The notes below the pieces were generated by a model. The model made no database searches. It was not told the origin of the DNA and saw nothing but the letters and a program-made list of their open reading frames with translations. A program made the position numbers and the translations under genes. A stretch of 64,000 nucleotides of DNA from contig NOWV01000011.1 in assembly GCA_003344405.1 (NCBI GenBank), positions 1 to 64,000 on the forward strand, given 5' to 3'. How positions within the stretch are numbered: position 1 is the stretch's first letter; each line of letters begins with the position of its first letter. Positions 37,665 through 51,000 of the stretch are shown here, piece after piece. This stretch comes from Trichoplax sp. H2. Taxonomy: Eukaryota.

Positions 37665-40600
37665 TACTGAACAAAACCTACTCATCAGAAAATCAATCAG
37701 TCACATACCGTACTATTAAGTTAATAACACAGCCATGAAAGATTGTAGGTAATCACCAATATGGTCAATTGATATTTAATATTTCTACTATCCACAGATG
37801 ATTCACACGATTTTACTGGTTCTTGTTTCGATAGCGTACAGACTAGTCATAACGAGAGCAGGTTATAACGATCGAAGTGGACAAATCGATTATCATGCAA
37901 GCTTTCATTACCAGACTAATATTTTAATTTAAATCAATTTGAGCTATGCGGTTATTCAAGGACCCTCATCTGTAAAGAATACCTATCATGGATGGATGTG
38001 GGTGGCTAATTCAATAATTCATGATGCGATATCATGAACATACCCTATTATTATTTTTACCTTAACAATATAGAAATTATCCTTGTACTGTAAATTGGAT
38101 AGCGTTCCTCATAAATAGAAATTAAATCTTTCGCCTATAAGCATACCGTCAATCGCAACAGTTACAATGGTTACTGTAATGGACCTGCTCTTATTATCAT
38201 CCTTTCAATACAAATACTAAATTATATTATACAGAAAAAAGCATATTCAGTACATATTTTATAACTCAACACCATAATTTGATTCAATATCTAGTAAGTT
38301 TAAGGGAAGAATACTTCTAATTTTCTCCTTAATCTTCAGCTGTAGTTGTAACTAACTTTTATCATGGACCACGAGATACTTTTTTCGAATTATCTACGGT
38401 CGTAGTCGTTGTCTTTTGCTAGAGTTGCTAATATTAAACTACAACCAAACTTTTCAACTTTCTATAATACTCATAAATAAAACGTTCTACATCTCATATG
38501 GGTCTTTCGTGATATAGTCTATTACTTTAAAAAATAACTTCAACAATTAGAAATATCATCAATACCTGAGTAACAGTGTCATGTAGAATGACTAACGGTG
38601 TAATTTTATACCAGCGAATTATCTTTTCATCAAGGCATATGGAAATTGAAATTTTTCTATTTAAACATGACAATAAGTGAAATTAATTCATTTTTGATTG
38701 GTTACTATGAACAATAAATCTATCCTATAATTCAATTACTCTATTTTAAAATCTTTCTGCCGACCACGATATATTCTAGACTTATTCCTGCAGCATTCTC
38801 AACAGAGGCCAAATTACATTATCATTCACCCAATAAAATATACCTTGTATTTCTCAAAAAGATATTACAAAAATTATAATCGAATTCTACGTCATACTTT
38901 CTAATTCTGTAATCAAAAATAGACTATTATTAAATGCACAAGGAATAGTCTAAGACATTGTCAGAAAAGTTACCTTATAATTCATAACATAAGGGTTATA
39001 TCATGCACTAGTTAAAAGATATCATTTAAAAATTAGATCAATTTTATCTTTGCGGGTATAACTTAAAAAATGTTAGTACTAACTAAACTCATTAATATAT
39101 CTGCTACATGATGATCCTTAAACTTTTGTAATTTTATTTTGACGTATTGCAATTTCTGAAAAGTTGTTGGCTAAATTTGTTACATTTATTCCGTTGTACC
39201 AATATGGCTGCTTAATTACACAATCACCAATGACGACACTATGCATCCTTTTGCTAATCATTAGCAAATCAAACTGCATTTAGGTTATTAGATTAGTCAG
39301 CGCTATAATTAAAACATTATTTAAGGAGACAGCTAAAAAAATAACTACTAGAATGTTTATGGATATGAATCATTTAAAAACCCTGCATTCCTCCAATAAA
39401 AATCATAGCGATATATTCCTTTGCTTTCTGTAATAACTCTGGAGAAATTTATCAACCTTATACGATTTTACTTTTATTGAAAGCAAACCTGCCAATTTTT
39501 GATTAAGTATTCTTATCCAAGTAAGTTGGTACCGATGATTAATAAAAAGATATGATTTAAAGTTTTAAAATATACCAAGAATTCATCTCTTTCTAATCGT
39601 TTGCAGTTGTTTGTAAATATATTAAAACACATACGCTGTCTCATAAAATATTCACTACCTACAAAAATTTTAATCTAAATGCTACAGATATAAAATTCAA
39701 CAATTGCAAGATAACATCTTTATTACACATAAGTAAATCAGATATTCTATATTGTAAAGCGTGCTAAAAATCAAGAATTTAATAAGAAGGTGATTTTCCT
39801 GTATCCTTAATCATACTACTCATATCCGTATATGTAATATTTCGACTTAATCTACCAAAATGCTTCTGCCAGTAATACATTCTAATTCATATACATTATT
39901 CTTAAGGCTATATCTAATTGTAGTGTTTGTAATTCTTAACCATATCAAGCATTCGTTACCGGTAAATAGCTATGCAACTGAAGTTAAATTCTATTACTAT
40001 TTGTAACTAAACTGGAATTATAACAGAATTAAAAATGCAAACGTAAACAAGAATAGTGACTCAATATGCTATTTATAAAATGAAAAAAATATTCAGCAAT
40101 TGCTATCCTATAATTTGATTCATAGTCCTGTTTAATACGTAGCAGTAGTAATTAAAATAGGCATAAAATTGCAAAACAAAGTGTTAAAATCGAAATGAGC
40201 TAAATCGCTTTCCTACCTAAATACCAATTAACCACATTAATTATTGCAAAGATCACCTATAATGCCTAGCTGTGATTGATGCAGTAGTATCAAGTTTTAA
40301 GAAATTTATACGTACTAATCTTTAGTGTAGCTAGAGACCGTGAAACATTTTCAATTGGTACTATATGTAAAAGTAAATTAATTTAAAATTACTACTACAA
40401 GCAACAGCTATGGGAAAAGTTTTATGACCTAAAAGAAATGTTTATTTCACATATCGCAGTAGCTGAATGATAAAGAAATTTAAGTAATTTATAAGCTAGA
40501 CTACTAACAAAGCTTAAAAACTTCATAAATCAAGATTTGAAACAAACTTATATAGGATAATATTTGATAAATTAACCGGAAAAGATAAAATATTATCTTA

Positions 40601-40667
40601 TGTGCGCGTCAGCGAATACTCTAACTTGAACAACATGGAATCATACCTTATATTATCTATATTTCAG

Positions 40668-42803
40668 TTTTACGAATTAAAGACTCATTGAAACATTGCC
40701 ATCAGTTGGGCTATAAGCTAGGGGCAATATTCATTAAGATGGTACAGGTAGTTCATGCCATTTCACGATCGTGGCATTACATCTTATATCGTCTTCGTCC
40801 AAAACGTATAGTAAAATTCAAAATGGGCAAAGTTAAAAAAATTTTGGTTGTATCAAAATCCAATAAAGACTTAGGTATGAAATGTTCTATTTGTACAGCA
40901 AAGAGCGTAAAATCCATTATCCGACATACGTCTTACAGTATGTTGCTCTTACAATGCTATCCAGATTTTACGTATAGATAGTAATTTTGAATATTTTGCC
41001 TATTTAATGGATAAATTTATCTGTAATAAAAACATTGTCAGGATTGACAAGACAAGCAATGTCTCATGTTACGTCTACCAATCTTATTCCATGGAATCGA
41101 CCCACTGTTGACTTTATCAACGTAAGTATCTGATCCATCAAAAAAATAAGATAATACTACTGTATATCAATGACGCAAAGCTATCACAACCGCAAAAACT
41201 AAAAATATCATCCTTTTTTCTAATAAAGAATGTCGCAATTGTTTCTACGGTAAAAGTGGCAAACGAATATTCCAATTTAGGATTTATTAGCTATAATACA
41301 AATGAAATTGAAAAGTGGCTACATCATATCAATATTTTAACGCATATTCAAGAGCATCTACAATGTGAGAATATCATACAGTACATTTGGTCGCATAAGA
41401 CGGAATTGATCAAGTTACCCCAAGCGTTGAACGAACTTTTATGTCATCGCTTGAAATCTAAATTGTTAGTAATTCCCTTTGATAATTAATACACGTTTAT
41501 AAAATATTTACTTTGGTACTGTTTAGATTTAATGTGATGAATATTTACTTGTAGATTTCCAAAAATACATACAGTACAACAGTAATTTGATATAATCCAC
41601 ATGAATAATTGTATCAATTTACAGCTAATTTGGCTAATTGTCGCTATTAGCATTTTACTTATTTTTCTTTATAAGAAATAATTTATTATCCCATAAATAT
41701 TGATTACTTAATATCAATCAAATATAACTTGTTTGGTGCATTTTCTGACTTGACTAGGTTAATTTGCTTTGAAATTTTTGATGAATATATCAAAGTCGAC
41801 GCAGCACGAAACCTATTTCCCCTCTCTCCTAGTACATTATACTATTTAATCCAAGATCTTGCTACAGCTTTTCGACATTTGCATTCCATTGGAATTTCTT
41901 ATGGTCAAGAAATCACTGTGGGATCCTTATTATGGACTAAATCGAGCCAAGTAAATTGCTGTTTACTTTTAATCATATCTTTGTCAAGACTTATTGCATT
42001 TTATCATATATGATGCCGTAAGATAGGGGCTACTCAAATTTATTATTTTCTGATCAAGCTATAAAAATTAAGAGCAGACATACATTGATTAGTCAATTTA
42101 CTGTAGTATTAGAATTTAAAAGTGCCAGCGATTCAATTTGCCTACCTGGTCGATCGCCATTTGTTGACTAATTAAGATATTGTTATCATAATAAATCTTT
42201 AATCATCTATGGAGGATAGTAAAGTCACTATTTACTAATTTATTTTATATCTAGGGAGTTCTGGTTCCATTTTTGTATAATTTTTCAAAATCAAAATTAT
42301 GGAAATTTGCAAAAGATGAAAATGAGCTAGAAGTGAGCCGAAATAATGATATTCGTTACTTCATTGACTTTATGTCAGAACTAATCCAATCTTCTAGCAA
42401 GTATCAAAGTCATTGTACTGACAATGGGAACAAGCCATCATCATCCAATAATGATGAGAACGACTCAATCAACTCTGTAAATATGGAAAATATCCAAAGT
42501 AGCAAAGTAAGCTCCCGTTAGTTTTACAGGCTGTCCTTCAGTAACAGTTGATGTCACTAATCTATTTCAATTATTTATAGCTCTCAGCTTTTCTTCAGCA
42601 ACTTAACGCAAATAGCGGCACGTGGACGTCATTCGACGAAATTCTTGACGCTTTAGGGTACCACATTTACTGAGTTTCTTGAAAATAATTTTGATAGAGT
42701 TCTAAGCATTTAATTTATTTTATTCTATAGCTCTTTTGGTATATGTCATGAAAGCGAATCACTGATCCCACAACCAGAATCAAAGGCTGCAGTCATCCAA
42801 TAG
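40668..42803 (+). CDS. Protein-kinase-fold protein with degenerate catalytic motifs (pseudokinase), about 7 exons; 5' end uncertain (first in-frame ATG 40739)
   Basis: Spliced translation includes CENIIQ (subdomain IV HxNI-like), LICFEIF (hinge), LIQDLATAFRHLHSIGISYGQEITVGSLL (alphaE and catalytic-loop position), PFLYNFSKS (DFG position) and NDIRYF (alphaF DxWS position). Last exon 42731-42803 ends TAG. The splice junctions checked are GT-AG and in phase. Confidence 0.6.
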
Positions 42804-44047
42804 GGCCTTTCCGAGCGTATCTTTTATGTCTTTAAATTACTTACAAAATATTAAATTTCAGTTTAAGAAATATTTTGATCTTCGCTAATTTTTAATAAGA
42901 AATGAATCCCTATAACTGATTAATATCGTACAGTAACATAAAATGCTTATCTAGCTAGGGCATTAGAAGAAAGTTTAAGTTTTGTCAGTTATACCATTAA
43001 CATGGAATGCTAATAAACTCAACGTAAAATATTCATTAAAACATAATGTTCGATAATAGTTTTTATGTCACAACATTCACCATGGTAGTTAACTATAAAT
43101 GGTATAAAAAATATTTGACAATTGGTTATCAAAATTTTAGACTGTTAGTTCAATTATAAAAGATCTTGTATAATATCTGTACATCTCATTATCAAACTTT
43201 AATCCTCAGTCGCAATTAAGTTTTGTAGCTAAGACGTAAAAAGAATAATCCTTCGCATTGGTAATTTTTAGCTGATAGAGTAATACTCTAATCAGTAAAC
43301 ATCTCAAATTGCTACTCATTTACAGTAATTCTTTCAAGCATCACTATTAAATAACTGGAAATTGAGAAATTTGCTCTTTTTAATTTATGATCTTTCATTG
43401 CTATAAATATGTGCAGACATATATATTACTTTACGTTAAGCTAGAAATAATTTGAATACTCTATAATGTAATTGTTTAAGAATTTATTATTAAAACTTTT
43501 TTATATCTGCATAAATTGAGATATCGATCATACAGTATATATGTATAACCATCCTTCTATTCAACAATTACTCTTTAGTATATCGCACTGTTAAGAAATT
43601 GTAAGACTATAAAATAGAAGATAGAATCATTGAATCACGATGATTACATGAATGAAAGAGTAAGTACGTCGTTCGCTCGTAGCTTGCAAACTTAATTTGA
43701 ACTTAAACATCGACAAACGACAAGAAATGCTTCCAGATATTCATTTTAGTATCGATTATAGCGTCAATGATAATTACGGTATAAAACTAAAATATTTTAA
43801 TGAGATACAAACTTAAAATTGACCAACACTACTTTAATTCTAGAACTAGCACAAATGAATGGGATCAAAATTACACTTATATTTAACTAAGGTCATAAAT
43901 CAAACACAAGTGCTTAAAATAAGTTACTTCAACTCATGGTTTCCAGTAGACGATAATTTTTAACTTAAGTTACTGTAACAGAAATCATTTCTTATGGGAC
44001 AATTGTAGCAGATCTTAGTCATGATCTAATAGAAATAGAATCTTTCA

Positions 44048-46022
44048 TTAATTTCTTCGTTGTTTCCGCGAATTTTTTCTTGTACTTCGCCGATCTTGAT
44101 TCGATCTTGTATATAAAGTGATTAAATGCTTATATTATGATTAAAGTCAACAGTTGCTAATAGAAAGCTGTATATCGACAGAAATGGTAAGATAACTGGC
44201 TGTAAGACACATCGAAATAGTCAAATCTGACTTATTTAAATCTATGCCACAAAATCAAACTATAATACATTCAAAGCGCTTTCTGTCCCTTTTTCCCCTC
44301 AAAACTACTAAATACGTATGTACTCGCACTGTACTATTCCAACGTTTAGTAGTCTATCTTGTCCCACATGCAATGGAAAAGATAGGAATAACAGACTAAT
44401 GTGGCAAATCTTTGCACAGAAATGTCGATAAAGGCGATACATTTATTTATGCTCTACCGTTACTATAGACTGTACATCTAGTAGATATGCCTAGTAAACA
44501 TATCTTAATTATCCATAATTAATCATAGTAGCGTTTCTAAGTTGCTATGAATCCAATAATGTCATTTCGCTAATTTTGTCTTACCGTGAAGGCGGCGATT
44601 TTCTATTAAGAGATCTCAATCTACCATCAGTTCTTGTTCGAGACGACGGATACGATCTTAGCCCGTATCCTCCTCTATAATGATCTGTTCTTGCAGCTCT
44701 ATCTTGACAACTACTCCTAAATCGACCATTTCTATCATTTCTGCTACGATGACGTCTAGCAGCATTTACGTTAGGATCCGCGTCGATGCCTGAAATCCGT
44801 TTACGTTTGTTTTCGCTACCCTTATACCACTCTCCTGAAGGAGGTTTAACATCAGGTGATCGTAGCATTTTATCTCTTGAAACAAATCTTGAACTCTTAT
44901 TTTTTTCTTGATCTCGCGCTTTCTTGTACTGTTCTCCTATATCCTGCTCTGCATATCTTTCGCTACCTTTATACCACTCTCCCGAAGAAGGTTTCATATC
45001 AGGCGATCGTAGCAATTCATCCCTTAAAACAAATTTTGCACTTTTTTCTTGATTTTGTGCTTCTTTGTCATGTACTCCTTTATTATTTTCTGCATAGCAA
45101 TGGCGTATTGGGTATGCTTTATGAAGCATATCTGGAAGTTCTATTTCATCAATACGGCTGCCATCAAGATTTATATGATCATCTATTGAATATTCATTCA
45201 CTACTGTAAACTCTTGTCCTTTTCCTTTAATTTCTATCAACGGACTGACCTTATCTTGTGTTGCTTTAGTACTACAATTAAATCAAATAAAAAGATTCAA
45301 ATTATAATTACTGATCTCACTGGCAAAAATCAAGATGTAGCCACCGACATTCATAGTATGATAGCATACCTTTTACTTTTAATCATTCGAGTTTGAACAG
45401 AACGTTGCTTCTCTTGCGGTTGGCTTCTCATAAATAAGACATTGAAGCAGTTACGGCATAAGTGGCTACCAAAGTAACTGAGATGATATTTACTTTCAAA
45501 ATTCACCTCACTTTCATCACAATCTACCATACAAACCCCCAATGCGATCTGAAAAGCAATTTTAGCTTCATTTTCTGTCATCTGTACGCAATCAATGATA
45601 GCTCTTAAAGATTTATCGGTTATTTTACTGACTGGCGTTCCTGCATAACACAGGCGATCAACAATATCACGAAGACAATTTTTGCTACATGCTATAACTT
45701 GTTTACGTAAATTTTCCTTCAGTTTCTTCACTCTCTCGTCTTCAATTTCATTACATTGAGTTAAATTTTTACTTGAAGTAACAGTGTCGGTGATTTGCCT
45801 ACTTAGGGGTAGCTGCTCTCGGCAATTAGAAATGTTGGGATCGACATCGTCCAGTATTAGACTTGAGGTACGGCACAATGTACTAGAACGATTCGTAACT
45901 GCGACTTTAGCGTTTTCCTTGCTATCACAACTTTGGTCACTGGAGTAAGACGGTAATCTGCTTCTACGATCATGTTCGATACATAATTCAAACGGTAGAA
46001 TTTCTGATTCTCGATTACTCAT
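44048..46022 (-). CDS. Uncharacterised protein: Cys cluster, internal duplication, Arg/Ser-rich basic tail; 3 exons recognised
   Basis: Track ORFs 45351-46115 and 44581-45240 join in frame via intron 45272-45369 (AG|GTATGC...TGTAG|T). A GTAAG donor at 44584 splices to exon 44048-44105 (RSNQDRRSTRKNSRKQRRN*). First ATG is at 46022; the frame is open up to an acceptor at 46135, so upstream exons are possible. Confidence 0.65.
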
Positions 46023-47946
46023 TTTGGATTCCTGATAATCGTATGGACTATGAGTAGATATGATACTGTAGATTAATTCTGGCAGTTCTGATGAAGAGAT
46101 TATTCGGAAGGTCACTTTATCCGAATGAGATTGCTAGAAATTTAGATTGAATAAACCAATAAGATCAAGAGGTTATCGTCGATGAGATACAATCCCTTTC
46201 TGCGTATCTAATTTCAATATATGAGTTATTTATTAGGCCCCTAGACAGATATTTTACGTTCGCTATATTTAAAATCAGTCACATTTTGATAGCTTAAGCG
46301 CAAATATGCTCGCAGGTTACTAAAAATAAAGCTACCTTTATGACCCTTTTTGTTTGCTGGTAGCACCAAACACACGAGTTTTAAAATTTTAGTGTCTTTC
46401 TAAGGCTAAATAGACTTTTTCTGCTTTACTTAACTATCCATAAAATTTTGAAATAAGTTAGCTTATTCATAAAAGATTGTAGAATATCGACTATATAAGG
46501 AATACAACCACAGTGAAATTTACTTTGTTTAACTGCAATATAAAGATTGTAGGGTAAAACGATTCTACGAGCAAGATTTATTTTAAGTCGGCTAATCTTA
46601 GAACCATTTTTGTAAGACTGGTTGAATTCGTGTTTTGTAAAAGGATTGTCACTTCGTAAAACCTATCCTGCAAATTTACCTCTTACTAACCATGAATGGA
46701 AGTAAATAATCCATGGCTAAATATAAGTAGTATAAAAATTATTTGCAAGGTCATCTTGAATTAAATAACGGAGAATGCAACTATCAAATAAAGTACGGCA
46801 CACTTTGGGAATTTCATAGCTGTGAGATTTAACATTAAGATTTATATTGAAAATTTTTTCTTTAACGTTATCCTCTTATGGACGTCATAGGATTTTATAG
46901 AGTGAGGCTGAATGAAAGATCTCTACAAAAAATAGTTAGTCATCTAGTCCAACATGTATAACCTTTTCATAGGTGCTTGGAGAGTGATTACCACTTGGTA
47001 AATTATATATCGGGCGATATTTCAAGTTGCTTTTGCTATCATGAATGGCTAATAGTAGGGTGAGAACACATTTAATCTGTCCATTTAAGCGAATATACCG
47101 TACCACTTGGTGCGCTTTAAAGCTTATTATACAGCTACACAATCTTATATACTTGCAACTTTAGGAGTTAATTAATCCTAATACTGCCTTTTCGGTGAAG
47201 ATAATGAAAATTTGAGTTTCTAACCCTACATGTTACAGAAATTTTTCTCCACAACCACGTATGCTAATCTAGTAAAATATTAGAGCGTATTCAATTTATT
47301 CCAAGTAAATGATTGTTAATGAAAGCTCGATAGTCCCAGGAAAGATCTTTATTCTGAGAGAAAATTCTAAGCGCTGAAAGACATGATATCCGATACTCTT
47401 GTGTAACATATTCGTAGACTCGGTTATATCCCCATTCCCATTATAGTAGTGATTGCTAATTTTTTTCTATGTCTGATTTTACTACCTAAAACTACTCTAC
47501 TCCGTCATTTAATTAATCATTCAAGAATAATTCTTGCGAATCAAACTGTACTTCTGTAGAATTCCTTTTAATCTTTGAAAATATCGGTTGTTAGTTACAT
47601 AACACAGCGGTAAGGTTAAAAAGTAGTTAATTCAGCCAAAGTAAAACGTAATTACTGGAAGAACATTCATTCCCAAGATCATGCAGATTGCATGCTACGA
47701 TATGCTCTGATATATTGCAGTATAAGAATATTTCTACTGCAATTTTGATATTACCGTGGCATGGATATTGCTCTATTCAATCTTACCATTGGATAATAAT
47801 CGCTTTCACTTGGTACTTTTAGAGAAGCAGTTATAAATTTATAATAATTCAATACACAGTAGCTTAATTTATTAACTGCAATATTACACAACCTTTCGTT
47901 AAGAAGTAATCTAATGATATCTGGACCAGAATAGCTTTATTGTAGG

Positions 47947-47980
47947 CATGGACTACTAAAAGAAGCCTTAGTAGTCCATG
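47947..47980. other. Perfect 13-bp-stem hairpin in the aminopeptidase 3' flank
   Basis: CATGGACTACTAA-AAGAAGCC-TTAGTAGTCCATG. Confidence 0.85.
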
Positions 47981-48073
47981 TTCTGGGCAATAAAATTCTA
48001 TAAGGCAGCATAACTTTTTAATTACCTAATATAGAGAATAATATTAATCTATCCAGTAGATTGGTTCATTTTT

Positions 48074-51000
48074 TTACAACTTTAATTTTTGCTGTATTTG
48101 ATTAAACCATGTACTAATTGCTCCTTCATATTTTCGACGCCAAGCAATTTTCGTTTCTAACTGATCTATAGCCTTCGGGACTGCATTCTGGCCTGTTCCA
48201 ACATTCGGCGTGCACTTAAAAAATAGTTTGACCTACACAATATCAAGGTATATTTTATTTCTGTTCCAATTGTATATGGAGATCTCGAAATTGCTAGACA
48301 TTACCTCTACTTTTGTATAAGTTTCAAATGCTAAGGAATTAAAATTAGCACTATAAGGTAATGCTATTCTAGTTTACCTTATCCAGTTGAACTTCACTCT
48401 TCATTGGCTTGATAACTTGTGTGATCAGCGTTGCCATACTAAAAGTATCTTGGCCGTATCTATCCATGGACCCCAAATTATAGGATTTACAGTTATACGC
48501 TTTATATCGATATAGAAAGGATATAAGCTCATTATTGCAAAATAAATTATCTCTTACCTTTCAAAGAATAAATTCCAACGCAAAACGACAAAGTTCCAAG
48601 CTAGATCAGTTCCTGCTGGATTTTGTGCAATATAAATCATGGCTTTAAGGGCCTCTGCTGCTTTCACTTTACTTTTATCGATGATAATATTAAGCAATCT
48701 AGATCGTAATGGAAAAAGACACTATAAGGTATCTATTTTAATTTAATTGATCTTCTGGTTATATCGACGCTTAAAGGGTATTGAATATTTTTACTTTAAT
48801 CTTAGCTATTAATGATATTACTTCAAATTACGAGGATTGTAAGATAACTAACTAAATATCAATAACGTTCACTCATTGAGCAATCTTAAATGCCAGTGCA
48901 CGTTTAATTATAGATTAAAATATAGTCTAGACTTATCGGAAGGTATTTACTTCTTTAAAGTGGACTTGTCGGTCGATGAGGCTAACGCACTCATGAGTAT
49001 CCTTCTTTCTGTTGCATCCTTACTGGCATAATAGCGCTGTAACAGCATATTCCAATTGCCGCCATGAGCTATGCCACATCTTAAAATTACTGATTTCAAA
49101 TTTGCTGATATGCTGCGATTATAATATGATGGGAATAGGGTGGTTACACCGAGCGCTACACGACCGCAGTAATTACGAAATTGCACGAATAGGAGTAGGC
49201 TGATATTGTTAACAAATGTTGTTATGAAAGTTCATATCATTCTAGGCCATTTATCCACTTACCTTTTATTGTTATATAGCCATTCCCTGTAAAGGTTGGT
49301 AATATTAAGTATAGTTGAACGATCACCAGCGAAGCAGGCAGTACTCAAGATTTCCGTTCTTAGTAATCTAAACAAAAAGGGCATTATTTGCTGTCGAAGG
49401 ATTAAAGAAGCACCATACAGACTAGTACATAAAGATCAATTAAGGAAAATATAGTCGTTTATTCATTAAGCAGATCAGGATAAATTACTTCTTGTTATTG
49501 CTACCAGTATCCTTCCATCCCAGCTGTCTCAAATTTGACTGCAATAAATACTTCAAGTATTTCTAGATAACAATCAAGCTTATGAAATAGATTGCAATCA
49601 TCCAATATTATAGTATACCTAGTATGTCTATGCCTAACGCTATTTTAAGAATAAGAGTGAAAGGTCTACCTTTCCAATTGTTTGGCTTGATAAATCATTT
49701 ACTGTCGATATTATGTAATCCAGATGAGGAAGTGAGGTAGCAAATGGTACATAATTAGTCTCATTAGCTAAATAACGACTAATCTCTAAAAATATTGAAG
49801 GATTCAAGCTTCCAACTCTATTAATTTCACAAGAATAAGAAGGAGAAGCAACAATATCAAGACTTCGCATTTCATGATTTCAAAGGAGTAAAAATAAAAC
49901 TAATCACTCCCTACTTCGTTAAATAGAATGAATCGTCTAGCAAATTAGCCTTGTTTGGAATTGATAGGCTCTGCAGTTAAACAGAAATCAAATCAAATCG
50001 TCAGTTGCTAGAAAACTGTACTGTATTGTTTTGAATTTCTGGTAATCATTAATTGTGTCTTATTTAATATAATGTAGAAAAGTTATATTCCATTTAATAA
50101 TTATCCATCATGTGAATTATGGTATCATAGTAAGAAAACGAATTATTTCTCTGATGTAATGAAAATATCGTACCTCATGATCACTTTGAATTTGCTCAAT
50201 CAAGCTTTGCCACGTTTTAGCATCATAATTTACTCTAAAATAGCCTGTTTGGTTGCAGTTTGCTTTAACCCATTTTGGAGCGCTGGGTAATTGTAGTGTT
50301 GCTAAACAGGAGATATAAAATATTGACCTTACTTAGGCTATAATAAGATTTTGACTTGAACATACTGTACATACTGTTTGCGCCTGTTCTGTAATTATAA
50401 TCTGCTATTGAAACTAACACATACGTGTATTATAACTAATCGGCAGACAAGGAACTAAATGCCTATGGGCTCATCTCATGGTTACTTTTACTTTTTAAAA
50501 GAAATTGAAGCATCTAATATCTTATGTACAAAGGCAATAACATGTATTAATTATTTCGCCAAGGCTATTATAAGTGCAATTAAGATCAATGATAATCATG
50601 TTCACCTCCGTTCATTCCAATTATTGTTCGATTAACATAGCCATCACTAGTTTCAAAGCAAAATGGTATTAACCATTTGTACCTATCATAATAGTTAAGA
50701 ACATCAGTTAGCTCGTTGCTATTTCAATAATAAACTTGATTTCTATTAGATCTACAATACTGTTAATCTCGTCAAAAAAGCGCATATAGACTGCGATAAT
50801 GTGTATACTTACCGATAAGGTGATGTTTGATTAACTAAGGTTTGCCCGTTTTTATCTTCAAGGAATCTTGTTTGAGATATACTGATTTTATCTTTTTCTA
50901 ATTTTAAAGTTACAAGTGGGTAATTCATTTGGAGCAACCAGGTATTCATAACACTGTTAATATTTTCTCCAGTTACCTGTAAATCAATTTTTAAATAGCC

